Assembly: GCA_964362765.1 (NCBI GenBank)
Contig: CAYIFT010000001.1
Span: 1 to 25,341 of the forward strand
Direction: 5' to 3'
Source of the DNA: Candidatus Woesearchaeota archaeon
Lineage (GTDB): Archaea; Nanobdellota; Nanobdellia; SCGC-AAA011-G17; UBA489
Length of the DNA stretch: 25,341 bases
Shown: positions 16,054 to 24,561 of the stretch, piece after piece
Layout of the letters: each line of letters begins with the position of its first letter
How positions within the stretch are numbered: the stretch's first letter is position 1
The notes under the pieces: model-generated
Seen by the model: the letters and a program-made list of their open reading frames with translations, nothing else
The model's database searches: none
What the model was told of the DNA's origin: nothing
Position numbers and translations under genes: made by a program

Positions 16054-16566
16054 TTAAGACACCTTCACATTAAATTTTTCTTTTACAAAATTGATTGCTT
16101 CTTCTTTTGTTATTCTATGTTTATTTGGTATTTTCTTTCTTTTGATACTCCTATTTTTTATTCCAAATCCAGGCCTCTTCAGAGTTACTGCAACTTCTAG
16201 TCCCATTATCCCAATCGACTGATCATATGGAAGGTCTGGTATGTTTAGGTATTCTGAAATACCAAAGGAAAAGTTACCATATTGATCAAAATTATTGGAT
16301 TCCAATAAATATTTAACAGCATTTAACAATCTTTTCAAGGTCGCTTCAGCCTTCTTACCTCGCAATGTTATTTTTGTTCCGATTTCTAATCCAGGTCTGA
16401 CACCCCATGTCGGGATTCTTTTTTTTGTCTTTGTTGATACTGCTTTCTCTGATGATATTGTACTAAGTAGTTTTGTAGCTTTCTCAAGCTTTTCGCTAGA
16501 CGCTCCACATCCTACATTCAGTGTTATCTTCTCGATTCCTATTTGTCTCATTGGATTTTCTTTCAT
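16054..16566 (-). CDS. rpl5: 50S ribosomal protein uL5
   Basis: NPMRQIGIEKITLNVG, KITLRG, GNFSFGI, GIMGLEV. Confidence 0.97.
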   Translation of the reverse strand: MKENPMRQIGIEKITLNVGCGASSEKLEKATKLLSTISSEKAVSTKTKKRIPTWGVRPGLEIGTKITLRGKKAEATLKRLLNAVKYLLESNNFDQYGNFSFGISEYLNIPDLPYDQSIGIMGLEVAVTLKRPGFGIKNRSIKRKKIPNKHRITKEEAINFVKEKFNVKVS

Positions 16567-16567
16567 T

Positions 16568-17251
16568 TTAGAATTGCTTACTTACAACAAAAGCATAACT
16601 TTTTAGAGTTTCAATTGGTTCACTTTTGGATTTAATTATGATGCGATCTTCCTCTATGCCTTTAAACTGCTTAATTTCATCTAATACACCGAATTTTCCG
16701 ATGTGTTTTCCGCCTATAAGATAAATAAGCGCACCCTTTTGCAGTTTTAAATGATCTTTTATTTCCTTCTTTGGCACAGAGATTACTACAGAGTCACCAA
16801 CTTTATAATCATCTTTTTTTACAATAAGATTATTACCATCAAATAAATTTAACTGAACTTTTTTGCCATTAAGTATTGTTTTATTTATGATCTTGCATGT
16901 CTTTGTTTTTGATTCTTCTTTGCTGGATGGCTTTACAATTAGTTTACCATGCTCGTCAAATAAAATGATAAAACTCTGCTGGATCTCAGGTATCTCAATG
17001 ATATCCATTACCCCCACAGGAAATCTTAAATCCCTTCTTGCCTTTCCATCAACAAGTATTTTATTTTCATTCAATAATATCTTTGCTTCTTTTGCTGTTT
17101 TAGTATACTTTAATAAATTCTTTAGAAGTATATTTAATGATACACTATTAACTAACTTATGCGGACCTGGTCTAGTCCTTGTTACAAATACTCGTTCCTT
17201 CTTCCATATCTGCCATGTTTTTGGGATGTTTAGTCTTTTAAGGTGTGTCAT
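16568..17251 (-). CDS. rps4e: 30S ribosomal protein S4e
   Basis: HLKRLNIPKTW, PGPH, VDGKARRDLRFPVGVMD, GGKHIG, YAFVV. Confidence 0.97.
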   Translation of the reverse strand: MTHLKRLNIPKTWQIWKKERVFVTRTRPGPHKLVNSVSLNILLKNLLKYTKTAKEAKILLNENKILVDGKARRDLRFPVGVMDIIEIPEIQQSFIILFDEHGKLIVKPSSKEESKTKTCKIINKTILNGKKVQLNLFDGNNLIVKKDDYKVGDSVVISVPKKEIKDHLKLQKGALIYLIGGKHIGKFGVLDEIKQFKGIEEDRIIIKSKSEPIETLKSYAFVVSKQF

Positions 17252-17637
17252 TTTTTGATCTCAAACTTTTGGATTTTTTCTTTTCGATATTTATCATCTA
17301 AGTTTAATTCTGTGATAAGTAAATTAGATGGATGAAGTGGAAATGAAGATTTAGAACCATCTTTCTTCACTGTTTCGATTCCTTCTATGAAAACCTTGAT
17401 TTCCTTTTTATCAACATCTGCTATCTTACCAATCTTACCTTTAAATTCTCCCCTCATGATTTTTACTCTATCTCCTTTCCTTAGGGGTATATTTCTTGTT
17501 TTGAACTTCTTTCTGAGCTCTTTAGATAAATGGGAGGAGATGAAGTCCTTTCTAATGTGCAATGGAGCATTAGCTAGATATTTCCTCTGCTTTCGAGGTT
17601 TTTTACTTGATTTCCAGTGTGTTGAAAATTTTTTCAT
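17248..17637 (-). CDS. rpl24: 50S ribosomal protein uL24
   Basis: Start moved to ATG 17637. PRKQRKY..NAPLH, HLSKELR, GDRVKIMRG, HPSNLLI. Confidence 0.96.
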   Translation of the reverse strand: MKKFSTHWKSSKKPRKQRKYLANAPLHIRKDFISSHLSKELRKKFKTRNIPLRKGDRVKIMRGEFKGKIGKIADVDKKEIKVFIEGIETVKKDGSKSSFPLHPSNLLITELNLDDKYRKEKIQKFEIKK

Positions 17638-17638
17638 T

Positions 17639-18040
17639 TTATACAACTATGCTTGCCACTTTTGCTATTCCAGGCCATCTTTCGGTAGCTTCTTTTGCTA
17701 TTGGCCCTTTAAAGATGGTTCCTTTAGGATTTCCTTTATCGTCTTTAAGAACAACAGCAGCATTATCTTCAAATGAAACTCGCATGCCATCCGGTCTTCT
17801 GTATTCTTTCTTTTGTCTTACAATAATAGCAAAGACAACTTGCTTACGCATTGCAATGGTTCCTTTAACAACTGATGCCAAAATTAAATCACCTATGCCT
17901 GCAGCAGGCATTCTACCTTTAACAGTCTTCATTCCTTTTATAGAGACAATTTTAATTACCTTAGCGCCTGAATTATCGCATGTTTCAATCAATGTTCCAT
18001 GCGGCAGTGCTTTTGTTATTCTTGATTTTATTGCTTTCAT
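17639..18040 (-). CDS. rpl14: 50S ribosomal protein uL14
   Basis: CDNSGAK, YRRPDGMRVSFEDNAAV, PKGT.FKGPIAKEA. Confidence 0.98.
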   Translation of the reverse strand: MKAIKSRITKALPHGTLIETCDNSGAKVIKIVSIKGMKTVKGRMPAAGIGDLILASVVKGTIAMRKQVVFAIIVRQKKEYRRPDGMRVSFEDNAAVVLKDDKGNPKGTIFKGPIAKEATERWPGIAKVASIVV

Positions 18041-18372
18041 TTTTTCAATATTTCAACAGCCACAAAATTTTTTGTTTTTGATATTGGCCGTGTCTCCATT
18101 ATCTTAATTTTATCGCCTTTCTTTATATCTAAGCAAGGTGGAATATGTGCTTTAAGTCTAGTTCTTCTTTTTTCATATCTTTCGTACTTAGGTAAATAAT
18201 ATTGTCTAGGGAATTCGATAGTTGCTGTTTTATGCAAGACATTTCTAATTACTGTTCCTGTGAACAGTCTTCCTCTCACTTTAATGAATCCGTGGAATGG
18301 ACAGTGTGTATCATTACAGTTCTTTGTAGGTAAAATTACAGGAATTCCAATATCAATCGATTTTTCTTTCAT
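18037..18372 (-). CDS. rps17: 30S ribosomal protein uS17
   Basis: CPFHG, PKYERYEKRR, AHIPPC, ETRPISKTK. Confidence 0.97.
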   Translation of the reverse strand: MKEKSIDIGIPVILPTKNCNDTHCPFHGFIKVRGRLFTGTVIRNVLHKTATIEFPRQYYLPKYERYEKRRTRLKAHIPPCLDIKKGDKIKIMETRPISKTKNFVAVEILKK

Positions 18373-18638
18373 ACTTTAATCCTTTTTTTCAATCTTTCTT
18401 CAGGTCTTCCAACCAATAATTTTCCATCGATTATGAATTTTCTTTTGTTTATTATCATCTTCAATTTTACTTGTGACTTAATTATCTTCTTTGTTTTATT
18501 ACCCACTTCTAATACGAGCATATTTTTCGACTCGTCGATAATTTTTCCTTTCAATCCTTCAAGGATTTTATTTTTGGATTCTACTATCTCTACGTCGAGC
18601 CCAATCAGTTCGTATCTTAGTACGTCCGAAAGGTTCAT
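18369..18638 (-). CDS. rnp1: Ribonuclease P protein component 1 (Rpp29/Pop4)
   Basis: ELIGLDVEIV, GKIIDESKNML, IDGKLLVGRPEERLK; canonical position between sui1 and rps17. Confidence 0.93.
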   Translation of the reverse strand: MNLSDVLRYELIGLDVEIVESKNKILEGLKGKIIDESKNMLVLEVGNKTKKIIKSQVKLKMIINKRKFIIDGKLLVGRPEERLKKRIKV

Positions 18639-18639
18639 C

Positions 18640-18945
18640 TTAGCTTATATCTACAGACTCTGATGGAAAGCCCATCATTATGAGCTCTTTTTTAACTTTT
18701 TGTCTGTGGTCTCCTTGCAGTTCGATGACGCCATCCTTCACTGTCCCACCACACGCCATCTTTGTCTTCAATCCCTTTGCTAATTCCTTAATATCTATGT
18801 CTTTGGTATCTATTCCCTTTACAAGTGTAATCAATTTACCAAAGCTCCTCTTTATGATGGTTATATGTATTCGCTGTTCTTCCTTTGCTATTGTCTCACA
18901 GACACAGAGCTCTTTAACGAGTCCGCACTTTTGGCATACGTTCAT
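18640..18945 (-). CDS. sui1: Translation initiation factor SUI1/eIF1 homolog
   Basis: [34 protein letters not shown]. Confidence 0.96.
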   Translation of the reverse strand: MNVCQKCGLVKELCVCETIAKEEQRIHITIIKRSFGKLITLVKGIDTKDIDIKELAKGLKTKMACGGTVKDGVIELQGDHRQKVKKELIMMGFPSESVDIS

Positions 18946-19179
18946 TTATTTTTTAGCTGCCTCCTTGGTTTCAATTTTTTGATTCCTTTTGATATTCAGG
19001 AATGTGTTAAGTCTTGCTATTGTCTTCTTTATCAGCCGAACTTTACCTGGACTTTCTGTAACTTTTCCAGTAGATATTTGAGCGTTATATTTCATCAGTT
19101 CTTTCTTTAACTCATTCAGTCTTTCCTTTATTTGCGGTTCTGTCATCTGTTTAAATTCACTTTTCTTTATTATCGCCAT
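18946..19179 (-). CDS. rpl29: 50S ribosomal protein uL29
   Basis: LNELKKELM, ESPGKVRLIKKTIARLNT; canonical position. Confidence 0.93.
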   Translation of the reverse strand: MAIIKKSEFKQMTEPQIKERLNELKKELMKYNAQISTGKVTESPGKVRLIKKTIARLNTFLNIKRNQKIETKEAAKK

Positions 19180-19945
19180 TTTCTTCCTTTTTCTTCTTAG
19201 TTTGTTTTTTCTTTGATTCTGCTGATCCTTTTTTCACGCTCTTTTTTTCAGCTAATTTCTCTTCTTTGACCGGCTCTTCTTTTTTCTGCTCTACAGTAGC
19301 TTCTACTTTAGGTTGTTCTTGCTGTTGAATTCCCTGTGTTGGTTTTGCTTTTTCCAAAGTAAACATTTTATCAGGTAATTCTATATCCGGGGTCATTATA
19401 AAAATTTTTATTCCAATTGTGCCTGATTTAAGATCCGCTTTCGTTATTGATTTTTTTATCTTATTCATTGCGATATCACCGGATTTTTTCATGTAACCAG
19501 CTGAAAATCTCCACGACCTTGCTCTTGCGCTTGGTAATTTTCCTGATAATAAAATCTCTGCGCCTATTGCACCTGCGTCTATGATATCCTGTAAAACCCT
19601 GTATCCAATTGACTTGAACCTTTTTGAACCGAATCTTTCAAGGCTAAATGCAATTCTATCTGCTACATATTGGGCATCAAGCATGGGATTCTGTACTTCT
19701 CCGATTTCGATTTGCGGATTTTCCAGTTTGAACTTTCTCTTTAGATATTCTGTGATTTTCCTTATGTTGTCTCCCTTCTTTCCTACAACTAAACCTGGTT
19801 TTGTTGTGAACACGATTATCTTCTCTCCGAGCGGTGTACGATGGATTTCTGTATGTGAATAACCAGCTTTGGCTAGTAATTTTGACATGTATTCCTGTAT
19901 CTGATGCTCCTTAATCTTTTGTGCAACAAATTGTCTCTCTATCAT
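19157..19945 (-). CDS. rps3: 30S ribosomal protein uS3 with a charged C-terminal extension
   Basis: RTPLG, PGLVVGKKG KH motif, GAIGAEILLSGKL, GTIGIKI. Confidence 0.97.
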   Translation of the reverse strand: MIERQFVAQKIKEHQIQEYMSKLLAKAGYSHTEIHRTPLGEKIIVFTTKPGLVVGKKGDNIRKITEYLKRKFKLENPQIEIGEVQNPMLDAQYVADRIAFSLERFGSKRFKSIGYRVLQDIIDAGAIGAEILLSGKLPSARARSWRFSAGYMKKSGDIAMNKIKKSITKADLKSGTIGIKIFIMTPDIELPDKMFTLEKAKPTQGIQQQEQPKVEATVEQKKEEPVKEEKLAEKKSVKKGSAESKKKQTKKKKEENGDNKEK

Positions 19946-20358
19946 TTTTTCTGAAGTTCCTCTGCAACAATTTCAATATGTGTTCTCTTCATCTTTCTTC
20001 TTCTTAATCTTCCAAAATGCCAAGGTGTGGATGCTTTGTTTGCTACTATTTTTTTGATGTAGATTGAATTTGAATCTAATCCCTTATTCTGTGCGTTAGC
20101 TTCTAATGAATTAAGCAATTTTATAATTTCTAAAGAAGCTCTTTTCGGGTATCTTCCTGCAGCAATTTTTCCTTTTCTGTGACCCATATCTCTGTTAAAT
20201 CTTGTGAATGGAACTGCTAATTTGCCTTCTGCAACTTTACTGAGTAATTCTTTTGATTTTTTAACGGGTTTTCCTCTAATAAATTTGCATATCTCTGCTG
20301 CTTGTTTAGTTGAAATTGAAAGATTACGACCAATGACTTTAGCTACTGTTTCTGTCAT
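19942..20358 (-). CDS. rpl22: 50S ribosomal protein uL22
   Basis: Start moved to ATG 20358, 1 nt after the rps19 stop. ISTKQAAEIC..IRG, GRYPKRA, NAQNKGL, THIEI. Confidence 0.96.
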   Translation of the reverse strand: MTETVAKVIGRNLSISTKQAAEICKFIRGKPVKKSKELLSKVAEGKLAVPFTRFNRDMGHRKGKIAAGRYPKRASLEIIKLLNSLEANAQNKGLDSNSIYIKKIVANKASTPWHFGRLRRRKMKRTHIEIVAEELQKK

Positions 20359-20359
20359 T

Positions 20360-20755
20360 TTATTTAGCCTTTGTTGCAATTGCTGTACTTGATTTTGTTG
20401 CACCAATACCTGGTGCTGAGTGTTCAATTTTTACCCTGGTTATTGTAAATTCTCCTAAATAATGTCCCACCATGTCTTCTTTGATAAGAACCTGATTGAA
20501 TGATCTGCCATTATGTATATGTATGGTTAAACCGACCATTTCTGGGATTATAATAAAATCGCGTAAATGTGTCTTGATTGGTTTTTTGTATTGACCAGAT
20601 TTTGCCTTTTTTATTTTTAATAAGAACGGTTTATTTCTCTCAAACAATCCTCTAAGTATGGTTCTTCTTTGCCTAGCTGGAAGTAACTTTGCAAATTCCT
20701 TGATATCCATTTTCTGAAGTTCTTCTAATGATTTTCCTCGATAAGTGAATTCCAT
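20360..20755 (-). CDS. rps19: 30S ribosomal protein uS19
   Basis: [38 protein letters not shown]. Confidence 0.98.
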   Translation of the reverse strand: MEFTYRGKSLEELQKMDIKEFAKLLPARQRRTILRGLFERNKPFLLKIKKAKSGQYKKPIKTHLRDFIIIPEMVGLTIHIHNGRSFNQVLIKEDMVGHYLGEFTITRVKIEHSAPGIGATKSSTAIATKAK

Positions 20756-20756
20756 C

Positions 20757-21485
20757 TTATCTCTTTCTCCTACCTGTTCTTCTTGCTGAGACTTTCCCTA
20801 CCTTGGCACCTGGTGGAGCAAATCTTGATACTGTTTTTGCCCTACCGACATGTCTGCCTCTTCCAGATCCAAAAGGATGGTCGACAGCGTTCATGGCAAC
20901 TCCAGATGTAACTGGATAAAGCTTGCCACGAGCCCTCATTGCATGATGCATCTTACCTGCTTTGACAAATGGCTTTTCTAATCTGCCCCCACCAGCAATT
21001 ACACCAATTGTTGCTCTACAATTCGGATTGAATAACTTTTGTTTTTTTGATGGCAATTTGATTAAAACTTCTGAATCAAGTGACTGAATAACTTTACCAA
21101 AACTTCCTGCAGCTCTTGCAAATCTTCCCCTATCAGCAGGTTTATTCTCAATGTTGTATACCTCTGTACCTTCTGGAATATTCTTTAATGGAAGTGTGTT
21201 TCCAATTTTAGTAGGAGCATTAGGCCCTGTTGCAACAGTATCATTTACCTTTAGTCCTATCGGAGCAAATATGTAACTGATTTCATTGTTATCATATTTT
21301 ATCTTTGCAAGAGGGGCTGTATGTCCCGGACAGTCTACAAGTTCGATTACTTTACCTTGTAAAACACCTGATTTTTCAATATCGTCGTATTTTCTGTGCT
21401 TTACTTCAGTTACCCATTTAAACGAATGTGCCCTATATGTTGGGCTTCCCTTTCCACGTGCTTGTAGCTTTAATGTCTTACCCAT
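20757..21485 (-). CDS. rpl2: 50S ribosomal protein uL2
   Basis: [39 protein letters not shown]. Confidence 0.98.
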   Translation of the reverse strand: MGKTLKLQARGKGSPTYRAHSFKWVTEVKHRKYDDIEKSGVLQGKVIELVDCPGHTAPLAKIKYDNNEISYIFAPIGLKVNDTVATGPNAPTKIGNTLPLKNIPEGTEVYNIENKPADRGRFARAAGSFGKVIQSLDSEVLIKLPSKKQKLFNPNCRATIGVIAGGGRLEKPFVKAGKMHHAMRARGKLYPVTSGVAMNAVDHPFGSGRGRHVGRAKTVSRFAPPGAKVGKVSARRTGRRKR

Positions 21486-21486
21486 T

Positions 21487-21750
21487 TTATATCAACCCAA
21501 GTTGAGTGGCAACATCGAGTGCTGGATTATCTGGAGATAGTTTAATGTAAGCCTTCTTTTGACCTGAAGGCAATATTAACGTATTAATATCCAGAACCTT
21601 AATCTTGAATAAATACTGGATTGCACTTTTTATCTCTGTTTTTGTTGCTGCTTTGTCCACTACAAATGTAAGTTTATTTTGTGATTCCATAAGTTTAACT
21701 GCCTTTTCTGTTGATATCGGATGTTTTACTATTCTGTATGGATCTTTCAT
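21487..21750 (-). CDS. rpl23: 50S ribosomal protein uL23
   Basis: PISTEKA, NKLTFVVD, INTLI, KKAYIKL. Confidence 0.97.
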   Translation of the reverse strand: MKDPYRIVKHPISTEKAVKLMESQNKLTFVVDKAATKTEIKSAIQYLFKIKVLDINTLILPSGQKKAYIKLSPDNPALDVATQLGLI

Positions 21751-22655
21751 TTTTTAGTTGATTTTGTTTGTTTTGGTTTATTTTCTTTCTTTTTAGGTTG
21801 CTCTTTTATTTCTTTCTTAATTTCTTTAGGTAATTCCTTTAGCTTTTTAATATTTAAAAATAAATTTTCACTTTTTATCTTGTCAATAGCATTTTCAGAG
21901 TATATTGTTAATCTTCCTGGAGTTCCGCCTGGTGCGAGCAGAGCTATATTTATGTTTTCAACAGTGCATATATCAATACCAGGAATGTTTCTTGCTGATT
22001 TTATTAAGGGACATTCATTAGAAACAACAAACAATGGACCTTTCTTTGTAATGTACCTTCTACCCCTGGATTTTCCTCTTCCAGCCCTTATTTTAATTTG
22101 TGATATCCTTTCCAGTTCTTTTTCTAATTTTAACTTCTCTAATAATATTTCAACATTCTTTGTTTTGTTTATAGACTCCATCTTTGAATCAAGAATTAGG
22201 GGGGCTTCTAAAAACAAATGGCCTCTGGATTTTATTAGCTCGGGAACAACTGAGGCGGCTAAAGCAGATCTTAATGCTTTTCTTCTTTCCTTCTTGTTGA
22301 TTTTCTTGAACCAGATCTTTTGAGATTTTGGAGCATGTGCTTTTCTACCACCAACAGTTCCAGGAGCAAATGCACCTACCCAACCAAACTGTGTTCCCCT
22401 GTGCCATAAACTTTTTCTTGGAATTCTTGAGATGCCATGACCATATGCTGTTTTGAAATCTCTCCTTCTTCTTGATAATTCTGCTGAAGCTCTTTGACCA
22501 GCTTTTGTGTATGCACCATACGGCTGTCTATTATGACTTTGGTATGCTAAAAACGTTCGCATCACAAGGTCAGGTCTGATTTCTTCAAAAAACTGAACAG
22601 GTAAATCTATTGTTTTTGTTTTTTTCCCTTCCAAATCATAAACTTGTGCTTTCAT
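21747..22655 (-). CDS. rpl4: 50S ribosomal protein uL4
   Basis: IRPDLV, YGHGISRIPR, TVGGRKAHAP, KINKKERR, LLAPGGTPGRLT. Confidence 0.98.
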   Translation of the reverse strand: MKAQVYDLEGKKTKTIDLPVQFFEEIRPDLVMRTFLAYQSHNRQPYGAYTKAGQRASAELSRRRRDFKTAYGHGISRIPRKSLWHRGTQFGWVGAFAPGTVGGRKAHAPKSQKIWFKKINKKERRKALRSALAASVVPELIKSRGHLFLEAPLILDSKMESINKTKNVEILLEKLKLEKELERISQIKIRAGRGKSRGRRYITKKGPLFVVSNECPLIKSARNIPGIDICTVENINIALLAPGGTPGRLTIYSENAIDKIKSENLFLNIKKLKELPKEIKKEIKEQPKKKENKPKQTKSTKK

Positions 22656-22657
22656 TT

Positions 22658-23617
22658 TTATTGCTTACTTTCTAAACTTATGCTTATAATTTCACCTAGC
22701 ATCGGCTTAGCAGGTCTAATTGGATCTGTAATAACGACAGGCCTTTTGCGGTGGCCTGGAATCGAACCTTTAACAATTAAACAATCGTTTTTGACAAAAC
22801 CATAACTTACGAATCCGCCTTTTGGATTGATTTCTTCTGGTTTTGATATCATTTTTAGAATTTGTTTATTGTATTCTGTTCTTGTATGGAAACCCATTTT
22901 TCCAGGTTGAGCTACTGAGAAACGAACCTTTTTCGGCGTCCAAGGACCCAGAGTTCCGACTCCTCTTTTTACTTTCTCAGATTTATGTTGTCTGATCTTG
23001 ACACCAAATCTTTTGACTGTTCCCTGGAATCCTTTTCCTTTTGTAACAGCATGAATATCAATCAACTGATTCTCTTTGAAGACGTCACTTATCTTGATTT
23101 CTTTATTGAGAAGCTCTTTTCCAAGTTTTAATCTTTCTTCCTTTGTTTTTCCACAAATTTTTATCTCTAATAAATCTAGTTTTTTCTTTCCAAAACCTGT
23201 TAGTTTAGGCTGGGTATAAATAACGAGTTTAAGTTCATCAAAATCTTGAGGCTCTTTTGATTCTGGATTCTTTAATTTGAATAAATTTTGATCAAGATTT
23301 GGAGAAAAAAGCTCAGAAACAAGCTGAAGGCCTGATGTGGTTTTTTTGTAGAATCTTAAAGAAAAAGTCTTGATAGGCGGACACTCGATGATTGAAATTG
23401 GCATGAAAATAATCTGGTTTTTTGTTGGTGAATTTTGATTGTTATCACGGTACATTGCATGTGTCATACCAACCTTATAACCTATGAAACCGGCAAGCTT
23501 ATTTTGATCAAGATTCGGCCAGTTTTTAATTCTGGGATAGATTCTTCTAGCTCTAACACGAGGCCATATCATCAATGAGCCTCTTCTCGGCCAATTCATT
23601 CTATTTGCGCCTGCCAT
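22658..23617 (-). CDS. rpl3: 50S ribosomal protein uL3
   Basis: PRRGSL, GYKVGMTH, VTKGKGFQGTVKRFG, GTLGPW, GKMGFHTRTEYNK. Confidence 0.98.
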   Translation of the reverse strand: MAGANRMNWPRRGSLMIWPRVRARRIYPRIKNWPNLDQNKLAGFIGYKVGMTHAMYRDNNQNSPTKNQIIFMPISIIECPPIKTFSLRFYKKTTSGLQLVSELFSPNLDQNLFKLKNPESKEPQDFDELKLVIYTQPKLTGFGKKKLDLLEIKICGKTKEERLKLGKELLNKEIKISDVFKENQLIDIHAVTKGKGFQGTVKRFGVKIRQHKSEKVKRGVGTLGPWTPKKVRFSVAQPGKMGFHTRTEYNKQILKMISKPEEINPKGGFVSYGFVKNDCLIVKGSIPGHRKRPVVITDPIRPAKPMLGEIISISLESKQ

Positions 23618-23722
23618 TTTATTAGGAAAGTTCTGAAGTTTGTTTTTAAGCCTTTTGTATATAACATTCTATCTAGAATCAGCGACCGATTAGTCTTACA
23701 GTAGGGTAATAATCAAAATTTC

Positions 23723-23758
23723 GAGCTTAATTTATAAATCTTTTGGTTAGATAAGCTC
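23723..23758. repeat. 7-bp inverted repeat GAGCTTA-N22-TAAGCTC in the rpl3/histone intergenic region
   Basis: GAGCTTA at 23723-23729 and TAAGCTC at 23752-23758 bracket the TATA/BRE at 23731-23746. Confidence 0.55.
23731..23746 (-). promoter_or_regulatory. Putative BRE-TATA (CCAAAAGA-TTTATAAA) of the ribosomal superoperon
   Basis: On the minus strand a purine-rich BRE-like octamer sits directly upstream of TTTATAAA (23731-23738), about 115 nt upstream of the rpl3 ATG. Confidence 0.55.
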
Positions 23759-23772
23759 AAATTATAGATAAT

Positions 23773-23780
23773 TTTATAAA
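23773..23780 (+). promoter_or_regulatory. Putative TATA box (TTTATAAA) for the histone gene
   Basis: Ends 32 nt upstream of the histone ATG at 23813. Confidence 0.55.
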
Positions 23781-23812
23781 CCGTGCATTTTTTAGATTTT
23801 ATTGGGATACAA

Positions 23813-24019
23813 ATGGCAAGAACTATTTTACCGTTGGCTGCAATGGAAAAACTATTAAAGAAATCTGGCGCTGCTAGAGTTTCTCAAGGTGCAAAGGACG
23901 TTATGAGAGAGGTACTAGAAGAGGTAGCACAGGAAATAGGAGAGAAAGCAGTAAGATTTGCGCAGCACTCTGGCAGAAAAACTGTAAAGGGTTCTGATGT
24001 TAAGTTAGCGTCTAAATAA
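23813..24019 (+). CDS. Archaeal histone (HMf family), 68 aa
   Basis: Start moved to ATG 23813. LPLAAMEKLLK, GAARVS, HSGRKTVKGSDVKLA; the L2 Arg/Asp pair and four-helix-bundle H/D/L residues are present. Confidence 0.95.
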   Translation: MARTILPLAAMEKLLKKSGAARVSQGAKDVMREVLEEVAQEIGEKAVRFAQHSGRKTVKGSDVKLASK

Positions 24020-24036
24020 ATAAGTTGATTCTAAAA

Positions 24037-24561
24037 ATGGCTAAAACACCTATAAATGGAAATAACTATGAAAGTCATTGGGTTTCTACTACTAGTAATG
24101 GTAGTGATGAAAAAAAATTAAGAGCTAAGTTAAGAAGTTTATCAGGTTTTAATTTTAATTCAGGAAGAGATTATGGTGGTGATATTAGAGGAAGCACTTA
24201 TAAATTTTTAAAAATCAAATACTATGGGGAAGATGGCATTGAAGCATTAGCAATTGGATCTTTAAAGAAAGAAGAAATAACTACCGAAGAAGAAAATGAA
24301 GATTCTGGTGAAGATGGTAAAGAGAATAATCATAGGCATAAACAAAGACATGTTCACTCTCCACTTGAGTATGCAGCACTTGCTTTTGTTTTAACGCATG
24401 GTTTTAAGGATATTAAAATTTTTAATAGGTATCCTGCAGATATGCTTGAAGATATTTTACTCCTTGGAATTCATGATAAGATGCGGATAAAAAGGAATGG
24501 TGTTATTTTAAAAAAAGACAAAATGAATGAATTATTAAGGTTAATAGACATGTATGGTTAA
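24037..24561 (+). CDS. Hypothetical protein with an acidic tract and His cluster
   Basis: 174-aa ORF from ATG 24037 that fills the gap exactly and has protein-like composition. No family recognised. Confidence 0.65.
   Translation: MAKTPINGNNYESHWVSTTSNGSDEKKLRAKLRSLSGFNFNSGRDYGGDIRGSTYKFLKIKYYGEDGIEALAIGSLKKEEITTEEENEDSGEDGKENNHRHKQRHVHSPLEYAALAFVLTHGFKDIKIFNRYPADMLEDILLLGIHDKMRIKRNGVILKKDKMNELLRLIDMYG

Noticed and set aside
20360-20427. Gln-rich N-terminal extension of uL22 in the ORF track (also the extended starts of rpl30, rpl6, rpl24, DUF106 and histone)
   Set aside because: An artefact of choosing upstream TTG/GTG/ATG codons inside the preceding gene or promoter. Downstream ATGs fit the 0-7 nt junction pattern.
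21721-22323. 200-aa plus-strand ORF antisense to rpl4, and similar antisense ORFs over secY, rps5, rpl14, rps4e, rpl32e, rpl14e and pfdA
   Set aside because: These are shadow ORFs. The Phe/Leu/Ser-rich translations mirror Lys/Glu codons of the real genes, and they show no motifs or start signals.
22658-23617. Absence of rps10 ahead of rpl3
   Set aside because: This is normal for archaea, where rps10 is usually in the str/EF-1alpha cluster.
23618-23812. tRNA, C/D box sRNA or other ncRNA gene in the largest intergenic gap
   Set aside because: There is no cloverleaf, T-loop consensus or convincing box C/D pair. The region is explained by divergent promoters and a possible leader.
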